Shown piece after piece: positions 51,721 to 62,372 of a stretch of 64,000 nt of DNA. The translations under genes and the position numbers were made by a program. The stretch is from NCBI GenBank assembly GCA_965199855.1, contig OZ241326.1, forward strand, positions 1 to 64,000, given 5' to 3'. Position 1 is the stretch's first letter; each line of letters begins with the position of its first letter. The notes below the pieces were generated by a model. That model saw only the letters and a list, made by a program, of their open reading frames with translations, had not been told where the DNA came from and made no database searches. The DNA comes from a bacterium. Lineage in GTDB: Bacteria > UBA8248.

Positions 51721-52200
51721 CTAGACATAGGTGAGCAGCTTCTTCTCGTCGTAGCGGGCGTGAAGCTCGGGGTGATCCTCCGTCCGCTCCACCAGCAGGT
51801 CGCCCTTGGCGTAGAGGAACTTGCCGCGATCGTCCTGGCAGAACTCGTATTCGCTCCCGAGCACGACGGCGCCGACGGGACACGCCTCCTCGCAGTATCC
51901 GCAGAAGATGCAGCGCAGCTCGTTGATCTCATAGACGCTGGCGTAGCGCTCCCCCTTCGAGGTGGGCGCGGAGGGGTCGTTCTCCTCCGATTCCACGTAG
52001 ATGCAGTCCACCGGACACGCCGCCGAGCAGAGCTTGCAGCCCACGCACCGCTCCAGGCCGTCCTCCCAGCGCAACAGCTTGTGGAGGCCGCGGTAGCCCA
52101 CGGGCATCTCCTCCTTCACGTCGGGATACTGCACCGTCTCGCGCCTCTTGAGGGAATGCCTGAGCGTCAGCCACAGCCCCCTGCAAATCTCGCCCAACAT
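51721..52200 (-). CDS. nuoI: NADH-quinone oxidoreductase subunit I (2x[4Fe-4S])
   Basis: TVQYP, ERCVGCKLCSAACP, RCIFCGYCEEACP; start MLGEI at 52200. Confidence 0.93.
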   Translation of the reverse strand: MLGEICRGLWLTLRHSLKRRETVQYPDVKEEMPVGYRGLHKLLRWEDGLERCVGCKLCSAACPVDCIYVESEENDPSAPTSKGERYASVYEINELRCIFCGYCEEACPVGAVVLGSEYEFCQDDRGKFLYAKGDLLVERTEDHPELHARYDEKKLLTYV

Positions 52201-52226
52201 GACGTCTCCCCCCTTCGAGCGGCCCG

Positions 52227-53207
52227 CTAGCCCATCCAGACGACGGCGCCGGCCGTGAGAATCACGTTCAGGATGGAGAGCGGCAGGAGCGCCTTCCATC
52301 CGAAGCCCATCAGCTGATCGTAGCGCAGGCGCGGGGTGGAGGCGCGCAGCCACATGAAGAAGAACATGAACGCCAGCACCTTGATCAGAAACCATACGAC
52401 GGGCGGCAGCAGCGGCCCGCGCCAGCCGCCCAGGAAGAAGGTCGCGCCCACGGCCGAGAGCGTAATCATGCTGCAGTACTCGGCGAGGAAATAGATGGCG
52501 AAGTGCATGCTGCTGTATTCGGTGTGAAAGCCGCCGGTGAGCTCGCTTTCGGCCTCGGGCAGGTCGAAGGGGGCGCGGTTCGTCTCCGCCAGCATGCAGA
52601 CGACGAAGATCAGAAAGCCCAGGGGCTGGAGGACGATGTAGGGCATCTCCGCCTGGCCCTCGACGATCCCCTTGAGGCTCAGGGTGCCCGAGAGCATGAC
52701 CACGCCCAGAAGCGACATGCCGAGCGAGAGCTCGTAGCTGATGAGCTGCGCCGCCGAGCGCAGTCCCCCGATGAGCGGATACTTGCTGTTCGACGCCCAG
52801 GAGCCGAGCACGATGCCATACACCCCGATGCCCGCCATGGCGAAGACGTAGAGGATGCCGACGTTGACGTCGGCCAGCACGAGGTCCACCTTCCGGCCGA
52901 GCACCGTCACCGAATCGCCGAAGGGCACCACGGCGAAGGCGGCCAGGGCGGGAATGAGCGTGATGGCCGGCGCGAGGACGTAAATCGCCTTGTCGGCCTG
53001 ATCGGGAATGACGGTCTCCTTGAACATGAGCTTCACCCCGTCGGCGATGGGCTGCAGAAGCCCCGCCGGGCCCACCCGGTTGGGCCCCACGCGCACCTGC
53101 ACGAGCGCGAATACGCGCCGCTCCATCCAGGTCATGTAGGCGGCGAGCACCAAAAGCCCGCCGAAGCCCACGAGCGTCTTTCCGACAATGATGAGCAAAG
53201 AGGCCAT
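52227..53207 (-). CDS. nuoH: NADH-quinone oxidoreductase subunit H (operon 1)
   Basis: [43 protein letters not shown]. Confidence 0.95.
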   Translation of the reverse strand: MASLLIIVGKTLVGFGGLLVLAAYMTWMERRVFALVQVRVGPNRVGPAGLLQPIADGVKLMFKETVIPDQADKAIYVLAPAITLIPALAAFAVVPFGDSVTVLGRKVDLVLADVNVGILYVFAMAGIGVYGIVLGSWASNSKYPLIGGLRSAAQLISYELSLGMSLLGVVMLSGTLSLKGIVEGQAEMPYIVLQPLGFLIFVVCMLAETNRAPFDLPEAESELTGGFHTEYSSMHFAIYFLAEYCSMITLSAVGATFFLGGWRGPLLPPVVWFLIKVLAFMFFFMWLRASTPRLRYDQLMGFGWKALLPLSILNVILTAGAVVWMG

Positions 53208-55796
53208 CTACGCCTCCACCGCCCGGGCTTTTCGCGGGCGAATCTCCACCCCCTGGCGGCCCGGCGCCCCGCCCGCGTTGAGCAGGGAGCCGCCATGGAC
53301 GCGCAAATAGCCCTCCGACGCGAAGGCGACGCCCGCGGGAACGCCCCGGTCGGGGCGCAGAGGGAGCCTTGCCGTCCGGCCGCCTATCTCGAACTCCACC
53401 TCCTCCCCCTCCGCCGCGCCCAGAGCCTCCGCGTCCGCCGGCGAAACGGCGAGCGCGGCGTCGGGCATGTCGGCCAGATGGCGCGCCGAGGCGACCTGCG
53501 CCCCCGAGAGCCACAGGACGGGCGTCAGGAGCATCCGCAGGCCCGGCGCGGGCGCCTCTTTTTCGGGAATCGGCGCGACTTGGCAGGCGCCCTCGCGCGG
53601 GCGCGCCAGAAGCAGTCCCTCCTCGGGGAGGCGGCCGAAGGCGTCCGCGTAGTCGCCGATGAGCGCGCGCGCCTCAACCTGAATCTTCTCCAGGGAGGCC
53701 GCCCGCATGGGCCGCTCCATCGCCCTGGCCATATCGACGAACGCCCGCCAGGCGTCGGGCGTCATCCTGTCGATCGTCGGCTTGAGCGCGCGCGGAAGGG
53801 ACTGCGCGCGGCGCTCGAGGTTCGTGACGCTCCCCGCCTCCTCGTAGAGGGTGGGCGCGGGGATCACGAGGTCGGCGTATTCCGCGCTCGCGTTGAGATG
53901 CGAGGCGTGCAGAACGACGAAGTCGGCCTTCTCCAGCGCCTCTCGCGCGCGCGCGCCGTCAGGACGCTCCGCCGCGGGGTCGCAGCCCAGAAGATACAGC
54001 CCCTTCAGTTCGCCGCGGGCGAGGCCGTCCAGGATGCCGTTCGCGTCCTTTCCGGCCTCCGCGCCCGGGGGCCTTCCCCACGCCTCCGCGCAGGCGGCGC
54101 GCGCTCGCGCGTCCGTCAGGTCGCCTCCGGGCAGGGTCTGCGGGTGCAGGCCCATGTCCAGCGCGCCCTGGAGGTTCGGAGCGCCCGGGGCGAAGAGCGC
54201 GCTCGCGCGGAGCAGAAGCCCGAGGTTGATCGCCTCGGAGACGGCGGTCTTCCCCGTCTCCCCGGGGCCCGAAAGCACGCTCACGCCGCCTTCGGCCGCC
54301 AGAATCGCCGCGGCCGCCGCCCGCACAGCTTCGGGGGCTACGTCCGCCTCCCCGCAAAGGCGGCCCAGGTCCGCCTCGGCCAGAAGCGCGGCGTATTCGT
54401 CCGCGTTCGCGCCCCCGGGCCTCGCCCCGCCCTCCAGCAGGCACTTCGCCAGCGCGCGCAGCGCGCGGGAGACGCCTCCCAGCGCCGGGATGAATTGATG
54501 CGTCCGGCCCTGGACGCGCAGGTCGATGCGCCTCTGGTTCACGCTGACGATGACGGCGCCCGCCCGGTGCGCCTTTCTGATCTGGAGCGCGAGGATGGGG
54601 TGCTGCGCGAAGGGGTCGGCGCCCACGATGACGACGGCGCCCGAGCGGCCCAGCTCCTCGATGCTTCCCACCCCGCCCACGCCGCCGAAGGCCGCGCGCT
54701 GGGCGTCCGTCTGCGCCAGGTCGCGCGGATGAACGCGGCAGTCAACGTGGCCGGTTCCCAGGACGGAGCGCATGAAGACGCCGAACTGATAGGCGGTCTC
54801 GTTCGTGGAGGAGGCGCCGCCCAGGCCGGCGAGCGCGCCCGCGCCGTGCGCCTCGATGACGGCGCCGAAGCGCCGCGCCGCCTCGCCGATCGCCTCCGCC
54901 CAGCTGATCGGGACGAGGCGCCCCTCCCTCCGGATCATCGGCTGCGTCACGCGCCCCTCGCCGCGCGCCGCGCTCCAGCCGAAGCGCGCCACGTCGCAAA
55001 TCCAGGCGTCGTTGACCCGTCCGTTCTCGGCCGCCGTCACGCGCTTGATCTCGCCGTCCTTCGTCCAGACGCTCTGGCGGCAGCCCACGCTGCACAGCGC
55101 GCAGGGGGTCTTGGTCTCCCGCATCTCCCACACGCGGGCGGTGAAGCGGTATTTGTTGTCCGTGAGCGCGCCGACGGGGCAGATGTCGATGACGTTGCCG
55201 GAGACGACGCTCGTCAGGGGCAAATCCTCGAAGACGCCCACCTCGGTGCGGTCCCCCCGCTGCGCCCAGCCGAACTCCGCGCCGCCGTCGATCTCCTCGG
55301 TGAAGCGGATGCAGCGGGTGCAGTGCACGCAGCGGTTCATCTCGGGCTTGATGAAGGGGCTGATCTCCTTGTCCGGATACACGCGCCGGAACTCATGCGT
55401 TCTGCTGATCGCCTTCCCGTAGGCCATCGTCTGATCCTGGAGGGGGCACTCGCCGCCCTGATCGCACACCGGACAGTCGAGCGGGTGGTTTTTGAGCAGA
55501 AACTCGAACACCCCCTCCTGGGCTTCGACGACGCGGGGGGTGCGGGAGCTGACGACCATCCCCTCGGCCGCCGGCGTGGCGCAGGAGGGCTGAAGCTTCG
55601 GGATCGGCCTGCCGTTGCCGGCGTCCAGCACCTCCACGAGGCAGGCGCGGCACTGGCCCACGATGGAGAGGTTCTTGTGGTAGCAGAAGTGCGGGACGTG
55701 CTCGCCCGCCCTGAGCGCGGCCTCGAGGACGGGCAGGCCCGCCTCTATCGCGACGCTCCGATCGTTGAAGGTGAAGGTTACCCGCTCGTTCGACAT
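53208..55796 (-). CDS. nuoG: NADH-quinone oxidoreductase subunit G
   Basis: FCYH..CRAC..SC (N1b), HPLDCPVCDQGGEC (N5), CVHCTRC..CPVGAL (N4), CALCSVGC..WICD (N7); start MSNERV at 55796. Confidence 0.93.
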   Translation of the reverse strand: MSNERVTFTFNDRSVAIEAGLPVLEAALRAGEHVPHFCYHKNLSIVGQCRACLVEVLDAGNGRPIPKLQPSCATPAAEGMVVSSRTPRVVEAQEGVFEFLLKNHPLDCPVCDQGGECPLQDQTMAYGKAISRTHEFRRVYPDKEISPFIKPEMNRCVHCTRCIRFTEEIDGGAEFGWAQRGDRTEVGVFEDLPLTSVVSGNVIDICPVGALTDNKYRFTARVWEMRETKTPCALCSVGCRQSVWTKDGEIKRVTAAENGRVNDAWICDVARFGWSAARGEGRVTQPMIRREGRLVPISWAEAIGEAARRFGAVIEAHGAGALAGLGGASSTNETAYQFGVFMRSVLGTGHVDCRVHPRDLAQTDAQRAAFGGVGGVGSIEELGRSGAVVIVGADPFAQHPILALQIRKAHRAGAVIVSVNQRRIDLRVQGRTHQFIPALGGVSRALRALAKCLLEGGARPGGANADEYAALLAEADLGRLCGEADVAPEAVRAAAAAILAAEGGVSVLSGPGETGKTAVSEAINLGLLLRASALFAPGAPNLQGALDMGLHPQTLPGGDLTDARARAACAEAWGRPPGAEAGKDANGILDGLARGELKGLYLLGCDPAAERPDGARAREALEKADFVVLHASHLNASAEYADLVIPAPTLYEEAGSVTNLERRAQSLPRALKPTIDRMTPDAWRAFVDMARAMERPMRAASLEKIQVEARALIGDYADAFGRLPEEGLLLARPREGACQVAPIPEKEAPAPGLRMLLTPVLWLSGAQVASARHLADMPDAALAVSPADAEALGAAEGEEVEFEIGGRTARLPLRPDRGVPAGVAFASEGYLRVHGGSLLNAGGAPGRQGVEIRPRKARAVEA

Positions 55797-55813
55797 GCGC
55801 CGCCTCTCCCCCG

Positions 55814-57118
55814 TCACGCCATGGCGGGATACGGGCTGCCCAGCGGACAGCGGCCCAGAGAGATGTGCTCCTCGAACTCCCCGCGAAACTTCGTCAAAAA
55901 CGCCCCGAACATCATGGCGCACGCATCCGAGAGCACGCAGATGGTGTTGCCGCGCATGTTGGGGTCGATCGAGGCGAGGGTCTCCAGATCGTCGGGCGCG
56001 CCCGCGCCCCGCTCCAGCCGGCCGAGAATCTCGGACACCCAGCCGGTTCCCTCCCGGCACACCGAGCACTGCCCGCAGGACTCGTGCTCGAAGAAGGCGG
56101 CCAGCCTGCCCGCCGCCTGCACCATGCAGGCCGTCTCGTCCATGACGATGACGCCGCCGCTTCCGCCCATGCTGCCCGCCCGGGCGAGGGAGTCGAAGTC
56201 CATCCGCACCTTGTCCTCGTACACCTCCTTGGCGTCGAGCACGGGCGCGCTCGCCCCGCCCGGAATCACCGCCTTGAGCGCCGCGCCGCCCCTCATGCCG
56301 CCGCAGTGCTCGTGAATCATCTCCTCGCACGTGAGGCCGAGCGGCAGTTCATACAGCCCCGGCTTCGCCGCGTGGCCCGAGACGCAATACATGCGCGTGC
56401 CCGCGTTCTTCTCGTCGATTCCGATGCCCGCGAACCACTCCGCCCCCCGGTTCACGATGTGGGGCAGGTTCGAGAGGGTCTCCACGTTGTTGATGACCGT
56501 GGGCCGCGCGTAGAGGCCGACGACCGCCGGAAACGGGGGCTTGAGGCGCGGGTGCCCGCGCTTGCCCTCGAGCGACTCGAGAAGCCCCGTCTCCTCGCCG
56601 CAGATGTAGGCGCCGGCGCCCCGGTGGGCGTGGACGTCGCACGAGAAGCCGCTGCCCAGAACGTTCCGCCCGACGTAGCCCCTCTCGCGGGCCTCGGCCA
56701 GCGCCTTCTCCACCGCGCGCCAGGGGGCGGCGAACTCGCCGCGGATGTAGATGTAGGCCTGCTCGATCCCCACGGCGTAGCAGGCGATGAGGATGCCCTC
56801 GATGAGCTGGTGCGGGTCGCGCAGCATGAGCTCGCGATCCTTGAAGGTGCCGGGCTCGCCCTCGTCCGCGTTGACGGCCAGATACTTCGGCCCCTCCACC
56901 TGCGGCACGAAGCTCCACTTGAGCCCGCACGGAAAGCCCGCCCCCCCGCGCCCGCGCAGGCCCGACGCCTTGACGAGCTCGATGACGTCGGCGGGCTCCA
57001 CTCCGTCCAGGAGCCGCCGGATCGCCTCGTAGCCGCCCGACGCCTCGTAGCCCGCGATATGCGGCGCGTCCGGGCTGTCGAAGCGGCCCGTTACGATCTT
57101 CTCCAGAACCAGCGCCAT
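55814..57118 (-). CDS. nuoF: NADH-quinone oxidoreductase subunit F (FMN/NADH)
   Basis: GLRGRGGAGFP, NADEGEPGTFKDR, GAYICGEETGL, ESCGQCSVCREG. Confidence 0.95.
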   Translation of the reverse strand: MALVLEKIVTGRFDSPDAPHIAGYEASGGYEAIRRLLDGVEPADVIELVKASGLRGRGGAGFPCGLKWSFVPQVEGPKYLAVNADEGEPGTFKDRELMLRDPHQLIEGILIACYAVGIEQAYIYIRGEFAAPWRAVEKALAEARERGYVGRNVLGSGFSCDVHAHRGAGAYICGEETGLLESLEGKRGHPRLKPPFPAVVGLYARPTVINNVETLSNLPHIVNRGAEWFAGIGIDEKNAGTRMYCVSGHAAKPGLYELPLGLTCEEMIHEHCGGMRGGAALKAVIPGGASAPVLDAKEVYEDKVRMDFDSLARAGSMGGSGGVIVMDETACMVQAAGRLAAFFEHESCGQCSVCREGTGWVSEILGRLERGAGAPDDLETLASIDPNMRGNTICVLSDACAMMFGAFLTKFRGEFEEHISLGRCPLGSPYPAMA

Positions 57119-57131
57119 GCGTCCCGACCCC

Positions 57132-57722
57132 TCAGCCTTCCGCGCCGCCGGCCGGCTCCCCGGCCATGGCGGGCGCCGCCTCGTCCGCCCCGACGGGCGA
57201 GACCGCCTCGCCCCTCTCCAGGGCGGCGAAGACGCCCTCCATCATCTCCGGCGTCGCGCCCTCGAAGTAGTCCTCGTTGATCTGCAGGCACGGCGCGCCG
57301 CCGCAGGCGCCGAGGCACTCCACCGCCTCGAGCGAGAACTTCCCGTCCGCCCGCGTCTCGCCGACCGCGCAGCCGAGGCGCTTCTCGATGAAGCGCAACA
57401 GGCCGCCCGCCCCCATGAGCGCGCACGAGAGGTTGTTGCACACCTGCACGTGATGCTCCCCGATCGGCCGGGTCTTGAGCATGGTGTAGAAGCTCACCAC
57501 CCCCCAGACCTCCATGGGGGAGACCTCGAAAATCTCGGCGACATGCCGCATCACCGCGCTGGTGATGAAGCCCGCCTCCTTCTGCGCCAGCTGCAGGGCG
57601 GGGATGAGCGCCGAGCGCCTCACCGGATATTTGGCGATGACGCGCTCGAGCTCCGCGCGCGCCCCGGGCGAGAACTCGAAGCGCTCCTCCTCCTCGGAAT
57701 GGGGAAACCGTATCAACGCCAA
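57132..57722 (-). CDS. nuoE: NADH-quinone oxidoreductase subunit E
   Basis: SALIPAL, VVSFYTM, VCNNLSC, ECLGACGGAP. Confidence 0.92.
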   Translation of the reverse strand: MALIRFPHSEEEERFEFSPGARAELERVIAKYPVRRSALIPALQLAQKEAGFITSAVMRHVAEIFEVSPMEVWGVVSFYTMLKTRPIGEHHVQVCNNLSCALMGAGGLLRFIEKRLGCAVGETRADGKFSLEAVECLGACGGAPCLQINEDYFEGATPEMMEGVFAALERGEAVSPVGADEAAPAMAGEPAGGAEG

Positions 57723-57746
57723 GGCCGCGCCGCCCTCCGCCTCATC

Positions 57747-58970
57747 TTAGCGATCTATCTCGCCCAGCACGATGTCGATGCTGCCGATGGCGGCCACCAC
57801 GTCGCCCATCAGCCCCCCCCGGGTGATCTCGGAGAGCGCGTGCAGGTTCGAGAAGCTCGGCGCGCGCACCTTCACCTTGTAGGGGCTCGGGCCGCCGTCG
57901 CTGATGATGTAGTAGCCGAGCTCGCCCCGGGGGGATTCGATGGCCACGTACGCCTCGCCCTCCGGCACGCTGTAGCCCTCGGTGAATATCTTGAAGTGGT
58001 GAATCAGCGCCTCCATGTCGTGGGCGAGCTGCTCCTTGGGCGGCGGCACCACCTTGGGGTTGTCCGCCATGAGGGGGCCCTCCGGCATCCCCTCGAGCGC
58101 CTGCATGGCGATGCGCCGCGACTGGCGCATCTCGGCGATCCGCACCAGATACCTGTCCAGAATGTCCCCGCGCTCGCCCACCGGAACCTCGAAGTCGAAC
58201 TCCTCGTAGCCCGAGTAGGGCTCGTTCTTGCGAATGTCGTAGGCGACGCCGCAGGCGCGGAGCAGCGGCCCCGTGACGCCCAGGGCGAGGGCCTGCGCGG
58301 CCGTCATGGGGCAGACGCCCCGCGCGCGCCTTCGGTAGATGGGGTTGTCCGTGAGCAGCTCTTCATACTCGTCCACGCGCTCGGAGAAGGGCTCGAGAAA
58401 CCTCCGGCAGTCCTCGTGGAACGCCGGGTAGGGCTCGCGCGCCACGCCGCCCACCCGGAAGTAGCTCGTCATCATGCGCACGCCCGAGACCTTCTCGAAA
58501 ATCCTCAGGAGCTGCTCGCGCTCGCGGAAGCAGTAGAGAAAGACCGTCATCGCCCCCAGGTCCAGCGCGTGGGTGCCCAGCCAGACGAGGTGGCTGTTCA
58601 GGCGCGTCATCTCGGCGAGCAGGACGCGCAGATACCGGCAGCGGCGGGGAACCTCCAGCGCCAGGAGCTTCTCCACCGCCAGGACGAACCCCAGGTTGTT
58701 CGACATCGGCGCGAGGTAGTCCATGCGGTCGGTCATGGGGAGCGCCTTGTTGTAGGTCTTCTCCTCCATGCTCTTCTCGATGCCGGTGTGCAGGTAGCCG
58801 ATGACGGGCTCGCAGGAGAGCACCGTCTCGCCGTCCAGCTCGAGCACCACGCGCAGCACCCCGTGCGTGCTCGGGTGCTGGGGGCCCATGTTGAGCGTCA
58901 TCGTCTCGGCGCATATGGGCCCGAGCATGTCGCTGTCGAGCGGGCTCCTCTCCTGAACCTGCGCGGCCAT
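57747..58970 (-). CDS. nuoD: NADH-quinone oxidoreductase subunit D (operon 1)
   Basis: NMGPQHPSTHGVLR, GYLHTGIEK, MEALIHHFK, ESPRGELG, IDIVLGEIDR. Confidence 0.95.
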   Translation of the reverse strand: MAAQVQERSPLDSDMLGPICAETMTLNMGPQHPSTHGVLRVVLELDGETVLSCEPVIGYLHTGIEKSMEEKTYNKALPMTDRMDYLAPMSNNLGFVLAVEKLLALEVPRRCRYLRVLLAEMTRLNSHLVWLGTHALDLGAMTVFLYCFREREQLLRIFEKVSGVRMMTSYFRVGGVAREPYPAFHEDCRRFLEPFSERVDEYEELLTDNPIYRRRARGVCPMTAAQALALGVTGPLLRACGVAYDIRKNEPYSGYEEFDFEVPVGERGDILDRYLVRIAEMRQSRRIAMQALEGMPEGPLMADNPKVVPPPKEQLAHDMEALIHHFKIFTEGYSVPEGEAYVAIESPRGELGYYIISDGGPSPYKVKVRAPSFSNLHALSEITRGGLMGDVVAAIGSIDIVLGEIDR

Positions 58971-58979
58971 CGGCGCTCC

Positions 58980-59555
58980 CTATTCCGCCGCTCTGGGCTT
59001 GCCCGCGGGCGCGTCCCGGAAGGTGAACGCCACGGGCTCCGCGGAGATGTCGAAGTCCTTGCGGTGGGGATGCCCCTCGAACCCCTCGGGGGTGAGGATG
59101 CGCTCGAGCCCGGGGTGTCCCTCGAAGACGATGCCCAGCAGGTCGTACGCCTCGCTCTCGTGGAGCCTGGCGCCCGGCCATATTCCGCAGAGGCTGGGCG
59201 CGGCAGGCGCCAAGTCGTCCTCGCAGGGCGTCTCGAGGCGCAGACGCCTCGATTTTTCCGGGTTCAGGAGCGAATACGCCACCTTGAAGCGGTAGGGAAC
59301 GGGCAGCTCCAGGCAGTCCACCCCGCAGACGAAGCTCAGGAGGCTGAACCCCCTCTCGTCGCGCAGAAACCGCGCCGCATCAAGCAGCGACCCGGGCGCG
59401 ACCCGGGCGGAGATTTGCCCGCGATGCTCGCTCGCGCCCAGAAGCCCCCTGCCGATTCTCACCCGCAGCAGGACGAGATCGGGGTCGCGCTCCTCTATCG
59501 GCTCCGGCGCCTCGGCGCGCCCCTGCCCCTCTTCACCCAACGGCCTCATCCTCAC
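58980..59555 (-). CDS. nuoC: NADH-quinone oxidoreductase subunit C (operon 1)
   Basis: HESEAYDLLGIVFEGHP, GHPHRKDF; exact start uncertain (59555 or 59549). Confidence 0.88.
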   Translation of the reverse strand: MRMRPLGEEGQGRAEAPEPIEERDPDLVLLRVRIGRGLLGASEHRGQISARVAPGSLLDAARFLRDERGFSLLSFVCGVDCLELPVPYRFKVAYSLLNPEKSRRLRLETPCEDDLAPAAPSLCGIWPGARLHESEAYDLLGIVFEGHPGLERILTPEGFEGHPHRKDFDISAEPVAFTFRDAPAGKPRAAE

Positions 59556-59655
59556 CCATCAAGGCTTCGCTTCGGTTCCGCGAGCGGGGCCCCACCCCCG
59601 CGCTTCCCGACGGATTCGCAAACTCGCATGGCGTGGGGAGCGTTCGCGCGCGCCG

Positions 59656-60153
59656 CTAAAGCGAGGCGGCTCTGGAGTCCTCCCGGTAGAGCCCCTCGTC
59701 CGCGATTTTCGCCTGCAGCTTCATGATGCCGTCGATGAGCGTCTCGGGGCGCGGCGGACAGCCCGGCACGTAGATATCGACGGGCACGACCTCGTCCACC
59801 CCCTGCACGAGGGCGTAGTTGTTGAAGATGCCGCCCGTGGAGGCGCACGCCCCCATGGAGATCACCCATTTCGGCTCGGGCATCTGATCGTAGATCTGCC
59901 GCAACACGGGCGCCATCTTCCGCGACACCCTGCCCGCCACGATCATCAGGTCCGCCTGGCGGGGCGAGGCGCGGAACACCTCGGCGCCGAAGCGCGAGAT
60001 GTCGTATTTCGCCGCCGAGGTGGACATCATCTCGATGGCGCAGCACGCCAGGCCGAAGAGCGCCGGCCACAGGCTGTTCCTGCGCGCCCATTTGATCACG
60101 TCCGCCGCGCGGCCCAGAACGAGCTGGCCCTCAAGCTGCCGCTCTAGTCCCAT
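59656..60153 (-). CDS. nuoB: NADH-quinone oxidoreductase subunit B (operon 1)
   Basis: [34 protein letters not shown]; start MGLERQ at 60153. Confidence 0.94.
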   Translation of the reverse strand: MGLERQLEGQLVLGRAADVIKWARRNSLWPALFGLACCAIEMMSTSAAKYDISRFGAEVFRASPRQADLMIVAGRVSRKMAPVLRQIYDQMPEPKWVISMGACASTGGIFNNYALVQGVDEVVPVDIYVPGCPPRPETLIDGIMKLQAKIADEGLYREDSRAASL

Positions 60154-60500
60154 TCGAGCGCTCCCCTGCGCCATTCGTAGATCAGGCTCGCCACAAGCAG
60201 GCCCATGAAGGGCAGAATCGCCACGAACCCATAGACGCCCAGACTTCTGAGGCTCACCGCCCAGGGGTAGAGAAAGATGGTCTCCACGTCGAAGACGATG
60301 AACAGAATCGCCACCAGAAAGAATTTCACGCTGAAGCGCCCGCGCGCGTTCGACCGCGGCACGATGCCGCACTCGTAGGCGGCGTCCTTCTCCACCGTGG
60401 GCCTGCGCCTGCCCGTCAGGAAGGTGACGCCCAGGTTCACGGCGGCGAAGCCGGTCGCCAGCGCGAGCAGAACCAAGATGGGCAGATACTCTTCCGGCAT
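60144..60500 (-). CDS. nuoA: NADH-quinone oxidoreductase subunit A (operon 1)
   Basis: [29 protein letters not shown]. Confidence 0.94.
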   Translation of the reverse strand: MPEEYLPILVLLALATGFAAVNLGVTFLTGRRRPTVEKDAAYECGIVPRSNARGRFSVKFFLVAILFIVFDVETIFLYPWAVSLRSLGVYGFVAILPFMGLLVASLIYEWRRGALEWD

Positions 60501-60551
60501 TCCCGGCCTCCCGAGGCGCTCATCCCGTTTGTTCGGGTTCTCAACGGGCGC

Positions 60552-60580
60552 ATCTTACGGCGGGCGTCCCCCGGTGTCAA
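60552..60580 (-). promoter_or_regulatory. Sigma70-type promoter of nuo operon 1
   Basis: Minus strand TTGACA-17 nt-TAAGAT, about 50 nt upstream of nuoA. Confidence 0.7.
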
Positions 60581-60841
60581 CAATTCGCGGGCGCCCGCGC
60601 GCGTCGGGCAAAAATCCGCGCCGCCTCGGCCGTGGACGGGAATCATCCGCCTCCTCCGTCCGAGGCGAAGCGCGCCCCGCGTCCGGACGCCTCACGGGGG
60701 CCGCGGCGTTTTTCCGAAGTTGCGCGGGAGCGGGGGCGGGCGATACACTCTCGCGCGGTGCTTTTCTTCTCCCCAGGGAGGGGCGCCCGCCCGGGAGGCG
60801 CCGGGCGCGCTCCTCTCGCGCAGACGCGAGGAGGCCACGCC

Positions 60842-61966
60842 ATGAACGAGCTGCCGAAGGAGGCGCAGGCGCGCCTCGACGCCCTGCTGGAGGATTTCGA
60901 GGGGTTCGCGCGGCGGCAGATAGGCTATCCCTGCAACCAGGATTTCGACTACGAGGCGCTGGCGCCCTTTCTGCGCTATTCCATCAACAACGTCGGCGAC
61001 CCCTTCCACGACAGCAACCTCCTCAGCAACACCCACGAGATAGAGCGCGAGGTCGTCGCCCGCTTCGCCGATCTGATGCGCCTGCCGGAGGAGCAGACCT
61101 GGGGCTACGTCACCTCCGGCGGCACCGAGGGCAACATGTACGGCCTCTACATGGGGCGCGCGCTGTTCCCGAACGGCATGGTCTATTTCTCGCAGGACAC
61201 GCACTACAGCGTGCTGAAGATCCTGAGCGCGCTGAACATGCGCAACATCATGGTCAAAAGCCGCGAGGACGGGGAGATCGACTACGACGACCTCCACGAG
61301 ACGATCCGCATCCACCGCGACGTCCCCGTCATCATCATGGCGAACATCGGCAGCACGATGAAGGGCGCCGTGGACGATCTCGCGCGGGTGCGCGCCATCC
61401 TCGACGACCTGGCGGTGACGAACTCCTACATCCACGCGGACGCCGCCCTGAGCGGCATGATTCTGCCCTTCGTGGACGATCCCCAGCCCTACGGGTTCGA
61501 CGCCGGGGTGGACAGCGCGGCCATAAGCGGCCACAAGCTCATCGGCTCCCCGCTGCCCTGCGGGGTCGTCCTCACGAAGCGCGACTACGTGGCGCGCGTC
61601 GCCCGCTCGATAGAATACGTGGGCGTGCTGGACACCACGCTGGCGGGCTCGCGCAACGCGCTCACGCCGCTCATCCTGTGGTACGCCTTCGAGCGCCGCG
61701 GGACGGGGGGCTTCCGGAGGGTCGTGGCGGAGATGCTGGCGGTCGCCGAATACGCGGTCGAGCGCTTCCGGGAGCGCGGGGTCTCCGCGTGGAGGCACAG
61801 GAATTCGGTCACGGTCGTCTTTCCCAGACCGGCAGGAAGGAAGGTGATGCGAAGCTGGCAGATCGCCCCGCTCCGGGACATCGCCCACGTCATCACCATG
61901 CCGCACGTCACGCGCGGGATGATAGACGAGTTCGTGGAGGAGTGCATGGAGGCGCAGTGCGCCTAG
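60842..61966 (+). CDS. hdcA: PLP-dependent histidine decarboxylase (group II; HdcA/serine decarboxylase clade)
   Basis: GYPCNQDFDY, INNVGDP, WGYVTSGGTEGNMYG, THYSV, IHADAALSG, SGHK (PLP Lys), GSRN. Confidence 0.75.
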   Translation: MNELPKEAQARLDALLEDFEGFARRQIGYPCNQDFDYEALAPFLRYSINNVGDPFHDSNLLSNTHEIEREVVARFADLMRLPEEQTWGYVTSGGTEGNMYGLYMGRALFPNGMVYFSQDTHYSVLKILSALNMRNIMVKSREDGEIDYDDLHETIRIHRDVPVIIMANIGSTMKGAVDDLARVRAILDDLAVTNSYIHADAALSGMILPFVDDPQPYGFDAGVDSAAISGHKLIGSPLPCGVVLTKRDYVARVARSIEYVGVLDTTLAGSRNALTPLILWYAFERRGTGGFRRVVAEMLAVAEYAVERFRERGVSAWRHRNSVTVVFPRPAGRKVMRSWQIAPLRDIAHVITMPHVTRGMIDEFVEECMEAQCA

Positions 61967-61978
61967 GGGGGATTTTCG

Positions 61979-62371
61979 ATGAATCGAATCGTCATCACGG
62001 TGAAGGACGAGGTGGGCGTCATCGCGGACATCAGCCACGCGCTGGCCGAGGCGGACATCAACATCGAGGGGCTGAACACCGAGATCGCCGGCGAGAAGGG
62101 GGTCGTCATCCTCACCACGCCCGAGTCCGACCGCGCCCTGCAGGTGCTCAAGAACGCGGGCTTCCGGGCGGTCACCGACGAGGCGATGGTGCTCAGGCTG
62201 CGCGACGAGCCGGGCGCCCTCGCCAGGGTCGCCGAGAAGTTCAAGCGCGCGGGGGTGAACATCCGCAGCATGCACATTCTGGATCATCACGAGGGACACG
62301 CCACGGTCGCCTTGACCGCGGACGATCAGGCCAGGGCGAAAACCCTGGTCGAGAACGAAGTCATCCTCTGA
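61979..62371 (+). CDS. Tandem ACT-domain protein
   Basis: KDEVGVIADISHALAEADINI and RDEPGALARVAEKFKRAGVNI ACT repeats. Confidence 0.8.
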   Translation: MNRIVITVKDEVGVIADISHALAEADINIEGLNTEIAGEKGVVILTTPESDRALQVLKNAGFRAVTDEAMVLRLRDEPGALARVAEKFKRAGVNIRSMHILDHHEGHATVALTADDQARAKTLVENEVIL

Positions 62372-62372
62372 G